From Clostridia bacterium (lineage in GTDB: Bacteria; Bacillota; Clostridia; Oscillospirales; CAG-272): a stretch of 64,000 nt of DNA. Below the pieces are notes generated by a model. It did no database searches, was not told the DNA's origin, and saw only the letters and a list, made by a program, of their open reading frames with translations. This document shows positions 28,401 through 37,604 of the stretch, one piece after another (the stretch's first letter is position 1; the number at the start of each line of letters is the position of its first letter). The translations under genes were made by a program, and so were the position numbers. The stretch covers positions 336 through 64,335 of the forward strand of contig JAFTLK010000065.1 in the NCBI GenBank assembly GCA_017455975.1, in the 5' to 3' direction.

Positions 28401-28742
28401 ATTCCGACAAAGGAGGAGGCGCTTGCGGCTGCGGAGAGCAGCATGCCGCGTGCGGGGCTGTTCCTTGATGACCGTGATGTGCTGCAGGCGATGGAGCATG
28501 GGCTCGGCGGCAAGTATATTCCCGTGCGTATGAAAAAGGACGGAACGCTGTACCGCGGTGCACCGGTCGAGTCGCTGGAATCGTTCGGTGCGCTGATGCG
28601 GCAGGTGGAACAGACCGTATGCGACATTACAATGGAAATGAAGCGCGGCAACGCAGATGCGGTTCCGATTTCAAGGACAAATCCGGAAACAGGACGCGAT
28701 CCGTGTGCATACTGTAATATGCGGTATGTCTGCCGCAGTTAG
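25425..28742 (+). CDS. addB: ATP-dependent helicase/deoxyribonuclease subunit B
   Basis: 1105 aa. N-terminal GKSGTGKT and a C-terminal nuclease/Fe-S Cys cluster (CAYCNMRYVC). Immediately precedes addA. Confidence 0.9.
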   Translation: MLTFIYGKSGTGKTYAVTEEIGALLTSGAAVILLCPEQEAVIAERRTTERFSGVIPTANLEILNFGRLPERVFREYGGLTDQLLSSGGRRLLMQRVLSETAPFLREYSRCTEDPAMIDRLLAAIAEFKMFCIQPGRLEEAGKTLPQGYHRLSDKLHDLSLLYGAYETLLHREYHDPQDALSSLDSVLDETDGAFFAGKHIFLDGFNGFTAQQYRIIAHMLRHADAVTVTLGCPADDGEPEWMLRRIYETRRTLRHLAETCGTGIRTHAMTENRRTSSPALLHLTEHLWSMGTTPVCDAGEDVALFACDNPFDEAEAVALDICRYIRAGGRYRDITVITRDPARYDGILDAAFGVCGIPCDTARRTPVTAKPFFRYLRHLFALSTYRMARTDLIGMIKTGCSGIPAADAFHYENYITTWNLTGRRLTPEEPHVLHPRGYIEEFSDDDRLVLEAVNRVRGQLMDEYVPFLEDIGGAECTVTDTAARLYHFLTERGIPAMLDAHADEEEHFGDPAGAEETRQLWDLFVDALDTLVSIAGDLPGGAAAFWQLFSLVVSDLDIGTIPARADQVMIGDASLIRADSAKVVYLIGAVDGVFPKTPEEDALLSDHEKSILSGLGIGLSADTAARLQDELFHFWFSCAAAEKRLVVSWPRADLSGKAYRPSTGVERIRLLFPNLTPISPTHQPPLQRLCSKSGAFEMMAYEKNTPLGRALHDYFAAAAEEDSALARRLAALAQPLTQRRCRLNEETLGMLFGDTVSMTQSRLERYVLCHFSYFCGYVLKLQEPKRASFDAADIGSFVHDVLRGFLELYTTDEDPARFTDETVLSETMASLVSRYLSSVCGVRWDTHQPARIRHLFDRLTRSSSVIARNLMHEFAQSDFVPRDFELPVGADDGSAIPALTMRTEDGGRVRLYGTIDRVDTYESDGVTYVRVVDYKTYVKRFSLDDVAAGINLQMLLYLFAVWKNGGTRYSGELRPAGILYMGASPSEVTHNGIPTKEEALAAAESSMPRAGLFLDDRDVLQAMEHGLGGKYIPVRMKKDGTLYRGAPVESLESFGALMRQVEQTVCDITMEMKRGNADAVPISRTNPETGRDPCAYCNMRYVCRS

Positions 28743-28758
28743 GAGGGAGGATCACACT

Positions 28759-31700
28759 ATGTATCAGCTTGATGAAAAATGGACACCTTCACAGCGGGAT
28801 GCAATCCTCTCCCGCGGCGAGACGCTGCTTGTGTCTGCGGCGGCAGGCTCCGGCAAGACCGCGGTTCTGACGGAACGGATCCTCTCGCGTGTGCTCGACG
28901 ATGACGGCGCACTCGATCTCTCCGCTGTACTCGTCGTAACCTTTACAAAGGCGGCAGCGGCAGAGCTGCGCGGACGTATCCGTGCGGCGCTGGAACGGGA
29001 GCTTGCAAAGGATCCTGCAAACCGCCGTCTGCACACTCAGCTGCTTTCGGTCGGACGCGCGAAGATTTGTACCATCGACAGCTTCTGCCTCGATCTCATC
29101 CGTGCGCATTTTGATGATCTTGGTCTGTCTCCGCGTCTGTCGGTCGCCGATGAAGCACAGGCAAAGCTCCTTGCAAAGAATGTGATGAACGGCGTCATTG
29201 ATGCTTATTTTGACGGCAGTACAGAAAACGAATCCCCCGCGATTGAAGACTTTGGTGCGTTCTGCGATCTGTTCTCCACCTCCCGTAATACAGATACACT
29301 CGCCGATGTGTTTCTTTCCATTCGCGAAACGCTCGTCGGCTACACAGAGGGGCTTGCCTGGCTTGACGGTCAGAAAGCTCAGCTGGAAGAGGCTGCCGCG
29401 GGTGACTTTCTGTCCTCGGAACCCGGTAAACGGGTGCTTGCATCCCTTGGCAGCTTTGTGCGCGCATATACAGGTCAGTATGACACGCACTGTGCGCTTC
29501 TTGCGAGTGATCCCGTTTACATAAAAAACTACGGTGATTGCTTTTTCTATGAAAAAACATGGCTTGCACAGCTGTCATCGCTTCTGTCGGGAGACCCGAC
29601 CTATGATACCGTGCGTGCACAGTTTTTGTCCTTTGACGCGCCTGCATTGAAATCCGGCATCCGCGGCGACAAAAAGACCGAGGATATCGTTCGTGCCAAG
29701 GCGTCGCACGATGCCTTCAATGAACGCAGGCGCGATATACAGGAACGCTTTTTTTCTGTCACGGGTGAGGAACTCGCCGCACTGAATCATCAGCAGGCCG
29801 TGGTTCTCGGAAAACTGCGGACACTGTTGTCAGCCTATGAGGACCGTCTGGCGCGAGAGAAAAACAAACGCGGACAGTTGGATTTTTCCGATATGGGGCG
29901 GCTTGCACTGCAGCTGCTGTGGGATTTTGATGCCGATGCACCGACCGCGACGGCGCAGGCAGAGGCAATGAAATATGCCGAAATTTATATTGACGAATAT
30001 CAGGATGTCAGCCCGGTGCAGGATCGCATATTCCGTGCGATTGCGCGGGACGACAACCGCTTCATGGTCGGCGATGCAAAGCAAAGCATTTACGGCTTCC
30101 GCGGTGCATCACCGGAGCTGTTTCTCGGCTATCGCAAGACATTTGCGGAGGATCCGACACGCGGCAGAACGATCTTTCTCTCCGACAACTTCCGGTGTGA
30201 TGCGCAGGTCATTGACGCATCCAATCTGGTGTTTGCCGCACTGTTCGGATGCGGCGCATCGTCTCTGCCGTATACCGACGACGATGCCCTGCGGTATGCC
30301 AAGCGGCCGGAGGGTGAGGCACAGCAGACGCAGGTATCGCTGGCGGTGCTGTCCTCTGCAGGAGAGGAGCCGGCAGACGATGCTGAGCCCATGAGCGATG
30401 CGGAGGAGCCCGGCGATGCTGCGGATGATACGCCTGTTTATACGGAGGCCGAATATACAGCCGACCGGATCGCCGCACTGCTTCGCTGCGGGCAGAAGCG
30501 GGACGGAACCCGCATCCGCCCGCGCGACATTGCGGTGCTTCTGCGCAGTACAAAGGCATCCGCCGAACCGATTGCCAAAGCGCTGGAGGTGCGCGGCATT
30601 CCGTGCTTCAACAATGTTTCCCGCGCATTCTTTGAAAATGCGGAGGTCCTGCTCGTTTACTGTCTGCTATCGGTCATAGACAACCCGCAGAAGGATGTCT
30701 GTCTTGCCGGTGTGCTGAAAAGTCCGCTGTACCGTGTGACGCTTGATGAACTCATCTATATGCGGCGCACCCATCCGCAGGGCTCGCTCTATGATGCACT
30801 GTGTGCATTCACGGAAGAAACCGGATTTGCAAAAGGGCAGTATTTTCTGGAGCGGCTTGCGTACTACCGTCATATCTGTGAGGGTATGCCCGCCGATCGG
30901 TTTCTGTGGCAGCTCTATCAGGACACGGGCATGCTGTCGCTGGTTTACGAAAAGGAAAGGCACGAGTTGTTTTCCGAGGCCGTCGACAGCGCACAGATGC
31001 GTGCGAATCTGATGATGTTTTACGAATATGCACGGACGTTTGAGAGCAGCGGTTTTCAGGGGCTTTATCCGTTTGTGGCGTTTATCACCTCGGTCATCGA
31101 GGAGCGTGCGACCATGCCGCCGGTATTGCTGTCCGGAGAAGATGCGGACGCGGTGCACATCATGACCGTACATCAATCAAAAGGCCTTGAATATCCGGTG
31201 TGTTTTCTATGCGGATGCGGCAAGCGTTTCAATGACGCCGATCTGCGTGCGGCAGTACTCATGGATGCTGACGCCGGAATGGCGACGTATCTTGGCGAGG
31301 AGAGCGGCTTTGCACGCATCAACCACCCGATGCGCGAATGTGTCCGTGCGGCGATTGCCCACAGGCAGAAGGAAGAAGAAATACGCGTGCTTTATGTCGC
31401 GCTGACGCGGGCAAGGGAACAGCTGTATATCTGCGGTACACTGAAGGATGCCGCAGAAACAGCCGGAACGTACCTTGAGGCCGGAGCAAGGGGTGTGACG
31501 GCGGAGCTTGTACTGTCGCAGAACAGCACGCTTGCGTGGATGCTGACCGCGCTCGGTGCTGCAGGACAGCGGGATGACGGGCCGATCCGATTGGAATTTC
31601 CAACAGCCGGGGCTGTTTGTGATGCCGGTATCGACGACACGGATGCTGATGGACCGGATGCGGCGGAAGATACGGTTTCCTATATGGCTGCAAAAACGGA

Positions 31701-32460
31701 GATCGCGCGTGTTTTTTCTTTTGCATATCCCGATTCCCACAAGACCGCACTTCCGGCAAAGCTCTCAGTTTCCGAGCTGCTTCGTCAAAAAGAAGCGGCA
31801 CGCGCAGCGGAGGTTCCCCCGGCCGACCGCTCCGACGGTGAGGCGGTCATGTCAGATAAGGAATACAAAAAGCCGCGGTTTCTGCAGACAGCGGAGGAGG
31901 GCGGTGCGACCGCCGCCGAACGCGGTACAGCGACACATCAGTTCATGCAGTTCTGTGATTTCCGGGCACTCGGAGACGGCGGCAATGATGCCGATTCCTG
32001 TATTGATGCGGAGATCAGCCGTCTGCGGGACGGGCATTTTCTGTCGGAGGAGACCGTCGGACGTATCGACCGTCGGGCACTTGCGCAGTTTTTGCACAGC
32101 CGTTTGTTCCGCCGTCTGCGCTATGCCGATGTGCTGCAGCGTGAGGTGCGCTTCAATCTGTTTGTTTCTGCAAGTGAATTGCCGGGATATAACGGGCGGG
32201 AAGAGCGGATCCTTGTGCAGGGTATCATCGACTGCTATTATATCAGTTCTGATGGGCGTGTGGTGCTCGTCGACTACAAAACCGACCATTTCCCGCGCAG
32301 CATGCTTTCCGACCGCGGGTCTGTGGAGCGCGTGCTCTGCGAGCGCTACCGTGAGCAGCTGCGGCTTTACCGTGCAGCGGCAGAACAGCTTTTATGCCGC
32401 CCGGTGGATGATGTGCGCATCTATTCGTTTGCGCTTGGGGATGATTTTTCGGTGATGTGA
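28759..32460 (+). CDS. addA: ATP-dependent helicase/nuclease subunit A
   Basis: ATG at 28759 after AGGAGGGAGG. UvrD-type motifs AAAGSGKT and DEYQD, plus a C-terminal RecB-type nuclease (GIIDCYY...LVDYKTD). Confidence 0.9.
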   Translation: MYQLDEKWTPSQRDAILSRGETLLVSAAAGSGKTAVLTERILSRVLDDDGALDLSAVLVVTFTKAAAAELRGRIRAALERELAKDPANRRLHTQLLSVGRAKICTIDSFCLDLIRAHFDDLGLSPRLSVADEAQAKLLAKNVMNGVIDAYFDGSTENESPAIEDFGAFCDLFSTSRNTDTLADVFLSIRETLVGYTEGLAWLDGQKAQLEEAAAGDFLSSEPGKRVLASLGSFVRAYTGQYDTHCALLASDPVYIKNYGDCFFYEKTWLAQLSSLLSGDPTYDTVRAQFLSFDAPALKSGIRGDKKTEDIVRAKASHDAFNERRRDIQERFFSVTGEELAALNHQQAVVLGKLRTLLSAYEDRLAREKNKRGQLDFSDMGRLALQLLWDFDADAPTATAQAEAMKYAEIYIDEYQDVSPVQDRIFRAIARDDNRFMVGDAKQSIYGFRGASPELFLGYRKTFAEDPTRGRTIFLSDNFRCDAQVIDASNLVFAALFGCGASSLPYTDDDALRYAKRPEGEAQQTQVSLAVLSSAGEEPADDAEPMSDAEEPGDAADDTPVYTEAEYTADRIAALLRCGQKRDGTRIRPRDIAVLLRSTKASAEPIAKALEVRGIPCFNNVSRAFFENAEVLLVYCLLSVIDNPQKDVCLAGVLKSPLYRVTLDELIYMRRTHPQGSLYDALCAFTEETGFAKGQYFLERLAYYRHICEGMPADRFLWQLYQDTGMLSLVYEKERHELFSEAVDSAQMRANLMMFYEYARTFESSGFQGLYPFVAFITSVIEERATMPPVLLSGEDADAVHIMTVHQSKGLEYPVCFLCGCGKRFNDADLRAAVLMDADAGMATYLGEESGFARINHPMRECVRAAIAHRQKEEEIRVLYVALTRAREQLYICGTLKDAAETAGTYLEAGARGVTAELVLSQNSTLAWMLTALGAAGQRDDGPIRLEFPTAGAVCDAGIDDTDADGPDAAEDTVSYMAAKTEIARVFSFAYPDSHKTALPAKLSVSELLRQKEAARAAEVPPADRSDGEAVMSDKEYKKPRFLQTAEEGGATAAERGTATHQFMQFCDFRALGDGGNDADSCIDAEISRLRDGHFLSEETVGRIDRRALAQFLHSRLFRRLRYADVLQREVRFNLFVSASELPGYNGREERILVQGIIDCYYISSDGRVVLVDYKTDHFPRSMLSDRGSVERVLCERYREQLRLYRAAAEQLLCRPVDDVRIYSFALGDDFSVM

Positions 32461-32521
32461 AGATATTTTTTCAAAAAAACCGAATATTTGCAGGAAATTC
32501 ACAAAAAACGTCAAATTCCTC

Positions 32522-32550
32522 TTGCATTTTCGTCGGAAATCATGTATAAT
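32522..32550 (+). promoter_or_regulatory. Sigma-A-type promoter of SBP paralog 4
   Basis: TTGCAT - 17 nt - TATAAT. Confidence 0.6.
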
Positions 32551-32587
32551 GAGTAAAACAAAGAAACAGATCACGGAGGACTTGATT

Positions 32588-34060
32588 ATGGGAAGAAAAC
32601 AACTGACGGCAGCAGCGCTGCTTGGCACGGCTGCCTGCGGTTCATCCGGCGACAGTACAACAGTGACCGATGCCGCAGAACAGACAACGGCACCGGCGGA
32701 AACCGAGCCTGTTGAGACACGTCTTTATGATGCGGTTCCGGAGGCGGATTTCGGCGGAAAGACCTTTGATATTCTGACCGCCGGCAACTGGAACAACGAA
32801 TGGACGGAGATTTATGACTTCCAGGCAGAGGAAGAAAACGGCGAGCCGATCAATGATGCCGTCTTCAAGCGGAATCTTGCCGTCGAGGAGCGCTTCAATG
32901 TTGAGATCGTCGAGATCAACCACATGGGCAATGACAAGGGTGGTACCGGCAAGGGTGCAAAGTTCATCGAAAAGAGTGTTATGGCCTCCGACCTTGCATA
33001 CGATGCCTCTCTGATGGGGGCATATGACGTTTCGACGCTGTCCTACAACAACTATCTGCTCGATCTGGCATCCGAGGTGCCGCATATCGATCTTACCCGG
33101 CCTTGGTGGGATCAGAAAGCAAACAGTGACCTGCCGATGAAGGGCAGAATGTACTACACGACAGGTGACATTTCCACCATCGATAACGACTGTACCTTCT
33201 GCATCCTGTTCAACAAGAACCTGCTCGGTACCTATGATATGGAAGATCCGTATCAGCTCGTCCGTGACGGAAAGTGGACACTGGACAAGTTCATCGAAAT
33301 GGCTTCGCAGGTATCGCAGGATATGAACGGTGACTCCAAGTATGACGAAAATGACCTATACGGCTTCTGTATCTGGCAGGACTCTATGATGGGTATGGTC
33401 AATGCGGCAGGCGAGAAGTTCTGTACCGTCAACGAACAGGGTGACCTTGAGCTTACGCTGAACACCGAACGCACACAGAATATGATCGAGCGCTATATGG
33501 AGCTTGCTTTTGACCGCACGATCTCGTTCTCGATCTTCCATTCCGGTGACTTGATCGAGACGATGTTTGCAAATGACCAGGTGCTGTTCTACTCCCGCTA
33601 TCTGTGTATCATCAAGAAGTACCGTGATATGGATACAGACTTCGGTGTTCTTCCGTACCCGAAATTTGATGAAGCGCAGAAGGAATATTATCACACCGTT
33701 GCACCCTACGGCTGTTCGTTCATCTGTGTTCCTGCCGTAGTTGAGGATGTCGAAATGACCGGATCCGTGCTGGAGGCTATGGCATGTGAGTCGATGTATA
33801 CCGTCACCCCGGCATACTATGATATTACGCTTGAGGGTAAGCAGCTGCGCGACGACGAATCTGCGGAAATGCTTGATATCATCCTCGGCAGCCGCGTCTT
33901 TGACCTCGGTCAGTTCTATCAGGTCGGTACGCTGAATGAGCAGATCATGAATCTGTTCCGCAACAACAAAAAGGAATTCGTCTCTATGTGCGAAAAGTTT
34001 GCAAAGAAAGCGACAAACGATCTTGCAAAGATCAACGAAGCATTTGATGCAATGGAATAA
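32588..34060 (+). CDS. Extracellular solute-binding lipoprotein, paralog 4
   Basis: ATG at 32588 after GGAGG. Short signal peptide MGRKQLTAAALLGTAAC. Contains INDAVFKRNLAVEERFN and TRPWWD motifs. Confidence 0.75.
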   Translation: MGRKQLTAAALLGTAACGSSGDSTTVTDAAEQTTAPAETEPVETRLYDAVPEADFGGKTFDILTAGNWNNEWTEIYDFQAEEENGEPINDAVFKRNLAVEERFNVEIVEINHMGNDKGGTGKGAKFIEKSVMASDLAYDASLMGAYDVSTLSYNNYLLDLASEVPHIDLTRPWWDQKANSDLPMKGRMYYTTGDISTIDNDCTFCILFNKNLLGTYDMEDPYQLVRDGKWTLDKFIEMASQVSQDMNGDSKYDENDLYGFCIWQDSMMGMVNAAGEKFCTVNEQGDLELTLNTERTQNMIERYMELAFDRTISFSIFHSGDLIETMFANDQVLFYSRYLCIIKKYRDMDTDFGVLPYPKFDEAQKEYYHTVAPYGCSFICVPAVVEDVEMTGSVLEAMACESMYTVTPAYYDITLEGKQLRDDESAEMLDIILGSRVFDLGQFYQVGTLNEQIMNLFRNNKKEFVSMCEKFAKKATNDLAKINEAFDAME

Positions 34061-34090
34061 TGGCAAAAAAATAATGAACCGGATCCTACA

Positions 34091-34558
34091 TTATGTGGGG
34101 TCCGGTTCGATCTTTTGAGAATCCTTTTTTGGTACTGCAGCAAGTGCACGTCTGCACGGGTCACAGGTTCCGTAGAGCACGGTCTTGGCGTAGTCGACGG
34201 TAAAGCTGTGTTGGATGCCGAGGTGCGCGGTCAGCTCATCGAGGTGATCGCATTCGATGTGATAAAGTGTTCCGCAGACCACACATTTGAGGTGGAAGTG
34301 CGCATGGCACTGCATGCCGTCACCGCCTGCGTACTGATAGCATGCCCCCTCACCCGGAGAGGCCGTAAAACGGCGGACAACACCGGCATCGACGAGCATG
34401 TCAAGTGCTCGGTAGACCGTGGATTTGCCGACGGATACGCCGTGTGCGTGCAGGGCATCACACAGCTCCTCCGCCGTCAGATGTGCGTGCGGATGCGTTT
34501 TCAGATACTGCAGGATCGCCGCACGCTGTCGGGTGCGGTAGCTGCCCGTGCCGCTCAA
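34091..34558 (-). CDS. Fur-family metalloregulator (Fur/PerR/Zur; subtype not resolvable)
   Basis: 155 aa. HTH GKSTVYRALDMLVDAGVV, HAHFHLKC, and CxxC pairs (CVVCG, CDPC). TTG start overlaps the upstream stop as TTGA. Confidence 0.8.
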   Translation of the reverse strand: MSGTGSYRTRQRAAILQYLKTHPHAHLTAEELCDALHAHGVSVGKSTVYRALDMLVDAGVVRRFTASPGEGACYQYAGGDGMQCHAHFHLKCVVCGTLYHIECDHLDELTAHLGIQHSFTVDYAKTVLYGTCDPCRRALAAVPKKDSQKIEPDPT

Positions 34559-35040
34559 GAGCCGCTGACCTCGATGTCAACGACGAGCCATTCCGTTTCA
34601 AGATTGACAGAACGGACGAGAATATCGGAGCCGACGCCGATGTAGTCGGAGCCGCCGACCATGAAGCCGTCCTCTGTGTTGAGACCCTCTACCTCAATTT
34701 CGCAGAGAACGTCGACGCGGTCGAGATATGCGGTTTCAACGATGGTACCGTCATGGCGGAAATTGCGGATGGTGGCAGGCTTGGTCTCAAAGGATTTGAG
34801 CGTACCGATCTTGTCGCCGCTTCTCTGATAGTAGTATTCGTCGCCTTCGATCATATGCACAACATTGTCCTCCAATAGACCGCGGACCATAACGGTGACC
34901 GTGGCCTTGCTGTTGCTTGCAATCACGTTTTCGCGGAGGCTATAGCGCAGTGCAATACCGACGATGCAGGCAAGCACGGTGAGGATCAGTGCGAAGTCGA
35001 TGATGTTGAAGCGATGCTTCTTCTGGGTGTTTGTTTTCAT
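34555..35040 (-). CDS. DUF4330-like single-pass membrane protein (paralog b)
   Basis: 161 aa. N-terminus KKHRFNIIDFALILTVLACIVG. AAGGAGG RBS. Confidence 0.55.
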   Translation of the reverse strand: MKTNTQKKHRFNIIDFALILTVLACIVGIALRYSLRENVIASNSKATVTVMVRGLLEDNVVHMIEGDEYYYQRSGDKIGTLKSFETKPATIRNFRHDGTIVETAYLDRVDVLCEIEVEGLNTEDGFMVGGSDYIGVGSDILVRSVNLETEWLVVDIEVSGS

Positions 35041-35052
35041 GATGCCCCTCCT

Positions 35053-35547
35053 TTATTCTGCGGGAAGCTCACGGACCTCGGTGACATAGCCGAAGCCAAT
35101 GAATGTCGGCGTGCGGAAGTGTACCTCCGCACCGACGGAAACGCGGACATTGTTGATCATATAGGACGATTCCGTTTTGTTCGCATCTGCACGGAACGTG
35201 AATTCCGCGAGATACAGGTCTTCATATTCGCCGTGCAGGGTTGTTTCCGTGGTGTGGTCGAAAGCGTCATAGGTAGCCGGCTTCATCGTGAGCGAGACGA
35301 CCTCACCGATCTCACCGAGACGGATGGTATCGATGACAGTCTGTCCGGCTTCCGCACGGACATTCATTTCTTCCGGAAGATCGCGGACGAGGACGGTATA
35401 TTCAATGACGGTGCTGTTTTCCGGTGTTCTGCTGTTTTGGTAGACAACAAATGCGGCGCCGCCGGCAATGATAAGGACGGCGAGTACGATGAGCAGCAGA
35501 TCAAAGAAGTTCAGCCGATGTGCTTTTTTAGTTGTTTGTGTATTCAT
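35053..35547 (-). CDS. DUF4330-like single-pass membrane protein (paralog a)
   Basis: 164 aa. N-terminus KKAHRLNFFDLLLIVLAVLIIAG. Same architecture as the neighbouring gene. Confidence 0.55.
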   Translation of the reverse strand: MNTQTTKKAHRLNFFDLLLIVLAVLIIAGGAAFVVYQNSRTPENSTVIEYTVLVRDLPEEMNVRAEAGQTVIDTIRLGEIGEVVSLTMKPATYDAFDHTTETTLHGEYEDLYLAEFTFRADANKTESSYMINNVRVSVGAEVHFRTPTFIGFGYVTEVRELPAE

Positions 35548-35570
35548 TTCGTTTCCTTTCTCCGGTTGGA

Positions 35571-37604
35571 TCAGTTCCGGTCGGATGGTTTCTGACCGAA
35601 CAGCGGATTTGCGGTTGGGGCGGAGAGTGTCAGTTCTGCGGCTGTGATGCCGTGTTCACTGTTGTGCTGCAGGGTGTTGCGGTTTTCGGACAAGCTTGTC
35701 CGGACGGATGCCACGGTCAGACCGACCAACGGCCAGAAGACCAGATACACACGGTAATTGTACCAGATATAGTCCGTCATCCCCTGTGCCAGCACTGCCA
35801 GAAGTCCGCAGAACAGCGCGGCGGTATACAGGCGGGGCTTTTCGGGGAGAGGCTTTGCGTAGAAGGTAAAGACGTGGCGGGCGAATGTGAACAGGAAGAT
35901 CAGGAATAAAATCAATCCGAAAATGCCGGTTTCCACAAGAATCTGCAGATACAGATTATGGCTGTGCGGCGCGGATTCGATGCCGGAGAGGGAGTAGCGC
36001 GGATACACTTCACCGAAGACCTCAACACCGACACCGATGCCGCCGAGGAAATGCTCGCGCAGCATATTGAACGTACCCTCCCAGATATGAACACGGTAGG
36101 AGGTGGAGGTGTCGCCGAGATTGCCGATGGACAAAAAGCGATTGAGGATCGACTGCGGCAGGACAAATGGCAGGAATGGGATCGCAAGAATGCCGAACAG
36201 ACCTGCAACGAGGACTTTTTTGGAGTACATCAACAAAAACAGCATCATTGCAAGCAGGATGCCGAGCCATGCACCGCGCGACCACGTGAAGATCAGACAC
36301 GCGCCGAGGATGCCGCCTGCGAACAGGAAGACGAGGCGTTGGGAGGCTAATTTTGCCGTGAGGAAGCCTGCGGCGGCGATCGGCAGGATCATGATGAGAT
36401 ATTCGGCGAGGACATTGGGGTTTTCCAGCGTCGAGACAACGCGTCCTGTAATGTCCTCAAACATTTCGGTGTCCTGCCATGTGGTATCTGCCTTGACAAA
36501 GAAGTTCTGATATACGCCGTACAGTGCGACCAGCACAGAGGAGGAGAGCACTGAAAAATAGCAGCGGATGACCCAATCGGAGGAGCGGATCAGATTGACG
36601 ACCAGGAAGTATCCGCTCATGAAGCAGAGGAAGACCATGACCGGGAAGACCGAATCGGCGGGCGAGGCGGAGACGATACCGGCAAAGAGGAATACTATGG
36701 CAAAGAGCAGAACTGTGACATCCATCCATTCCAGACGGATGACGCGTTTTCCGCGGAAAAACTTGACAAAGAAGCTGACAAGCAGGAACATCATGCAGGC
36801 GATCAGCACCTTGGTTGGCAGAAACGGTGCGGCGAACAGAACCGCGACGACACCGAATTCCGGGATCTTGTAAACGATCAGTGCGGCGAGCAGGGCAATA
36901 CAGCCGATGACGACCCACAGTGCGCTGAGATACAGGGATAACAGGCCAAGCAGTGCACCGATAACGGCGGCAATCCACGTTTTGCCTTTGGTTTTCGGCA
37001 GTGCGCGGAAGTACTCTTCATTGGCACCGGCCACGCGGAACAGCAGAAACGAGGTCAGGGTACTGCGGCAGATCGCATCCGACAGATGTGCATTGGAGGC
37101 GACAAGGCAAATACCGATGAGCAGGAGTGCTGCGGCGATGAGAAGATCGGTCGCAGAGGGCTCTCTGCCGCCGGCATACCGAAGTACATAGGAAATGCAT
37201 GAAAACAGACTGAAAAACAGAACGGTCAGACCGTACGTGCCAAGCGACATTCCCGCGAGTGCATCGAGCATCCGACGGATGGCATTCAGAATGACGCTGT
37301 TGTCAAACTGTCCGGCAACGGTAAAGCGCAGCGGGCGCAGAAAACGGTCGGTAAACGACAGCTTTCCGCGCAGGAGGGCGAGGAATCCGTTCTGCATCGC
37401 GGCATTGGTTTTATCGTAGCCGCAGAAGAACTGTCCGACGGCACTTTCACGCACACTCTGATACAGAAAGGTCGCGATTCTGTAGAACAGCGGCAGAATC
37501 AGACTGTGTGAGACGAGTGATGAAAACGACGGACGTTTTTGGGGTTTGTTTTTCAATCGGTTCAACTCCTTTTTTGGGAATGGAATATCAGGTAAAGCGG
37601 ACAC
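35571..37604 (-). CDS. O-antigen ligase/polymerase family (Wzy_C-type) polytopic membrane protein
   Basis: 677 aa with many TM segments. Contains FTWSRGAWLGILLAMML, typical of O-antigen ligase-like proteins. GTG start at 37604 overlaps murJ by 17 nt; the start is uncertain. Confidence 0.65.
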   Translation of the reverse strand: MSALPDIPFPKKELNRLKNKPQKRPSFSSLVSHSLILPLFYRIATFLYQSVRESAVGQFFCGYDKTNAAMQNGFLALLRGKLSFTDRFLRPLRFTVAGQFDNSVILNAIRRMLDALAGMSLGTYGLTVLFFSLFSCISYVLRYAGGREPSATDLLIAAALLLIGICLVASNAHLSDAICRSTLTSFLLFRVAGANEEYFRALPKTKGKTWIAAVIGALLGLLSLYLSALWVVIGCIALLAALIVYKIPEFGVVAVLFAAPFLPTKVLIACMMFLLVSFFVKFFRGKRVIRLEWMDVTVLLFAIVFLFAGIVSASPADSVFPVMVFLCFMSGYFLVVNLIRSSDWVIRCYFSVLSSSVLVALYGVYQNFFVKADTTWQDTEMFEDITGRVVSTLENPNVLAEYLIMILPIAAAGFLTAKLASQRLVFLFAGGILGACLIFTWSRGAWLGILLAMMLFLLMYSKKVLVAGLFGILAIPFLPFVLPQSILNRFLSIGNLGDTSTSYRVHIWEGTFNMLREHFLGGIGVGVEVFGEVYPRYSLSGIESAPHSHNLYLQILVETGIFGLILFLIFLFTFARHVFTFYAKPLPEKPRLYTAALFCGLLAVLAQGMTDYIWYNYRVYLVFWPLVGLTVASVRTSLSENRNTLQHNSEHGITAAELTLSAPTANPLFGQKPSDRN

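Noticed and set aside
34074-34107. GGTTCGA string suggesting a tRNA T-arm.
   Set aside because: There is no cloverleaf context. The sequence is the 3' arm of a GAACCGGATCC...GGGGTCCGGTTC hairpin. That hairpin acts as a bidirectional terminator between the SBP gene and the fur-family gene, and it overlaps the last fur codons.
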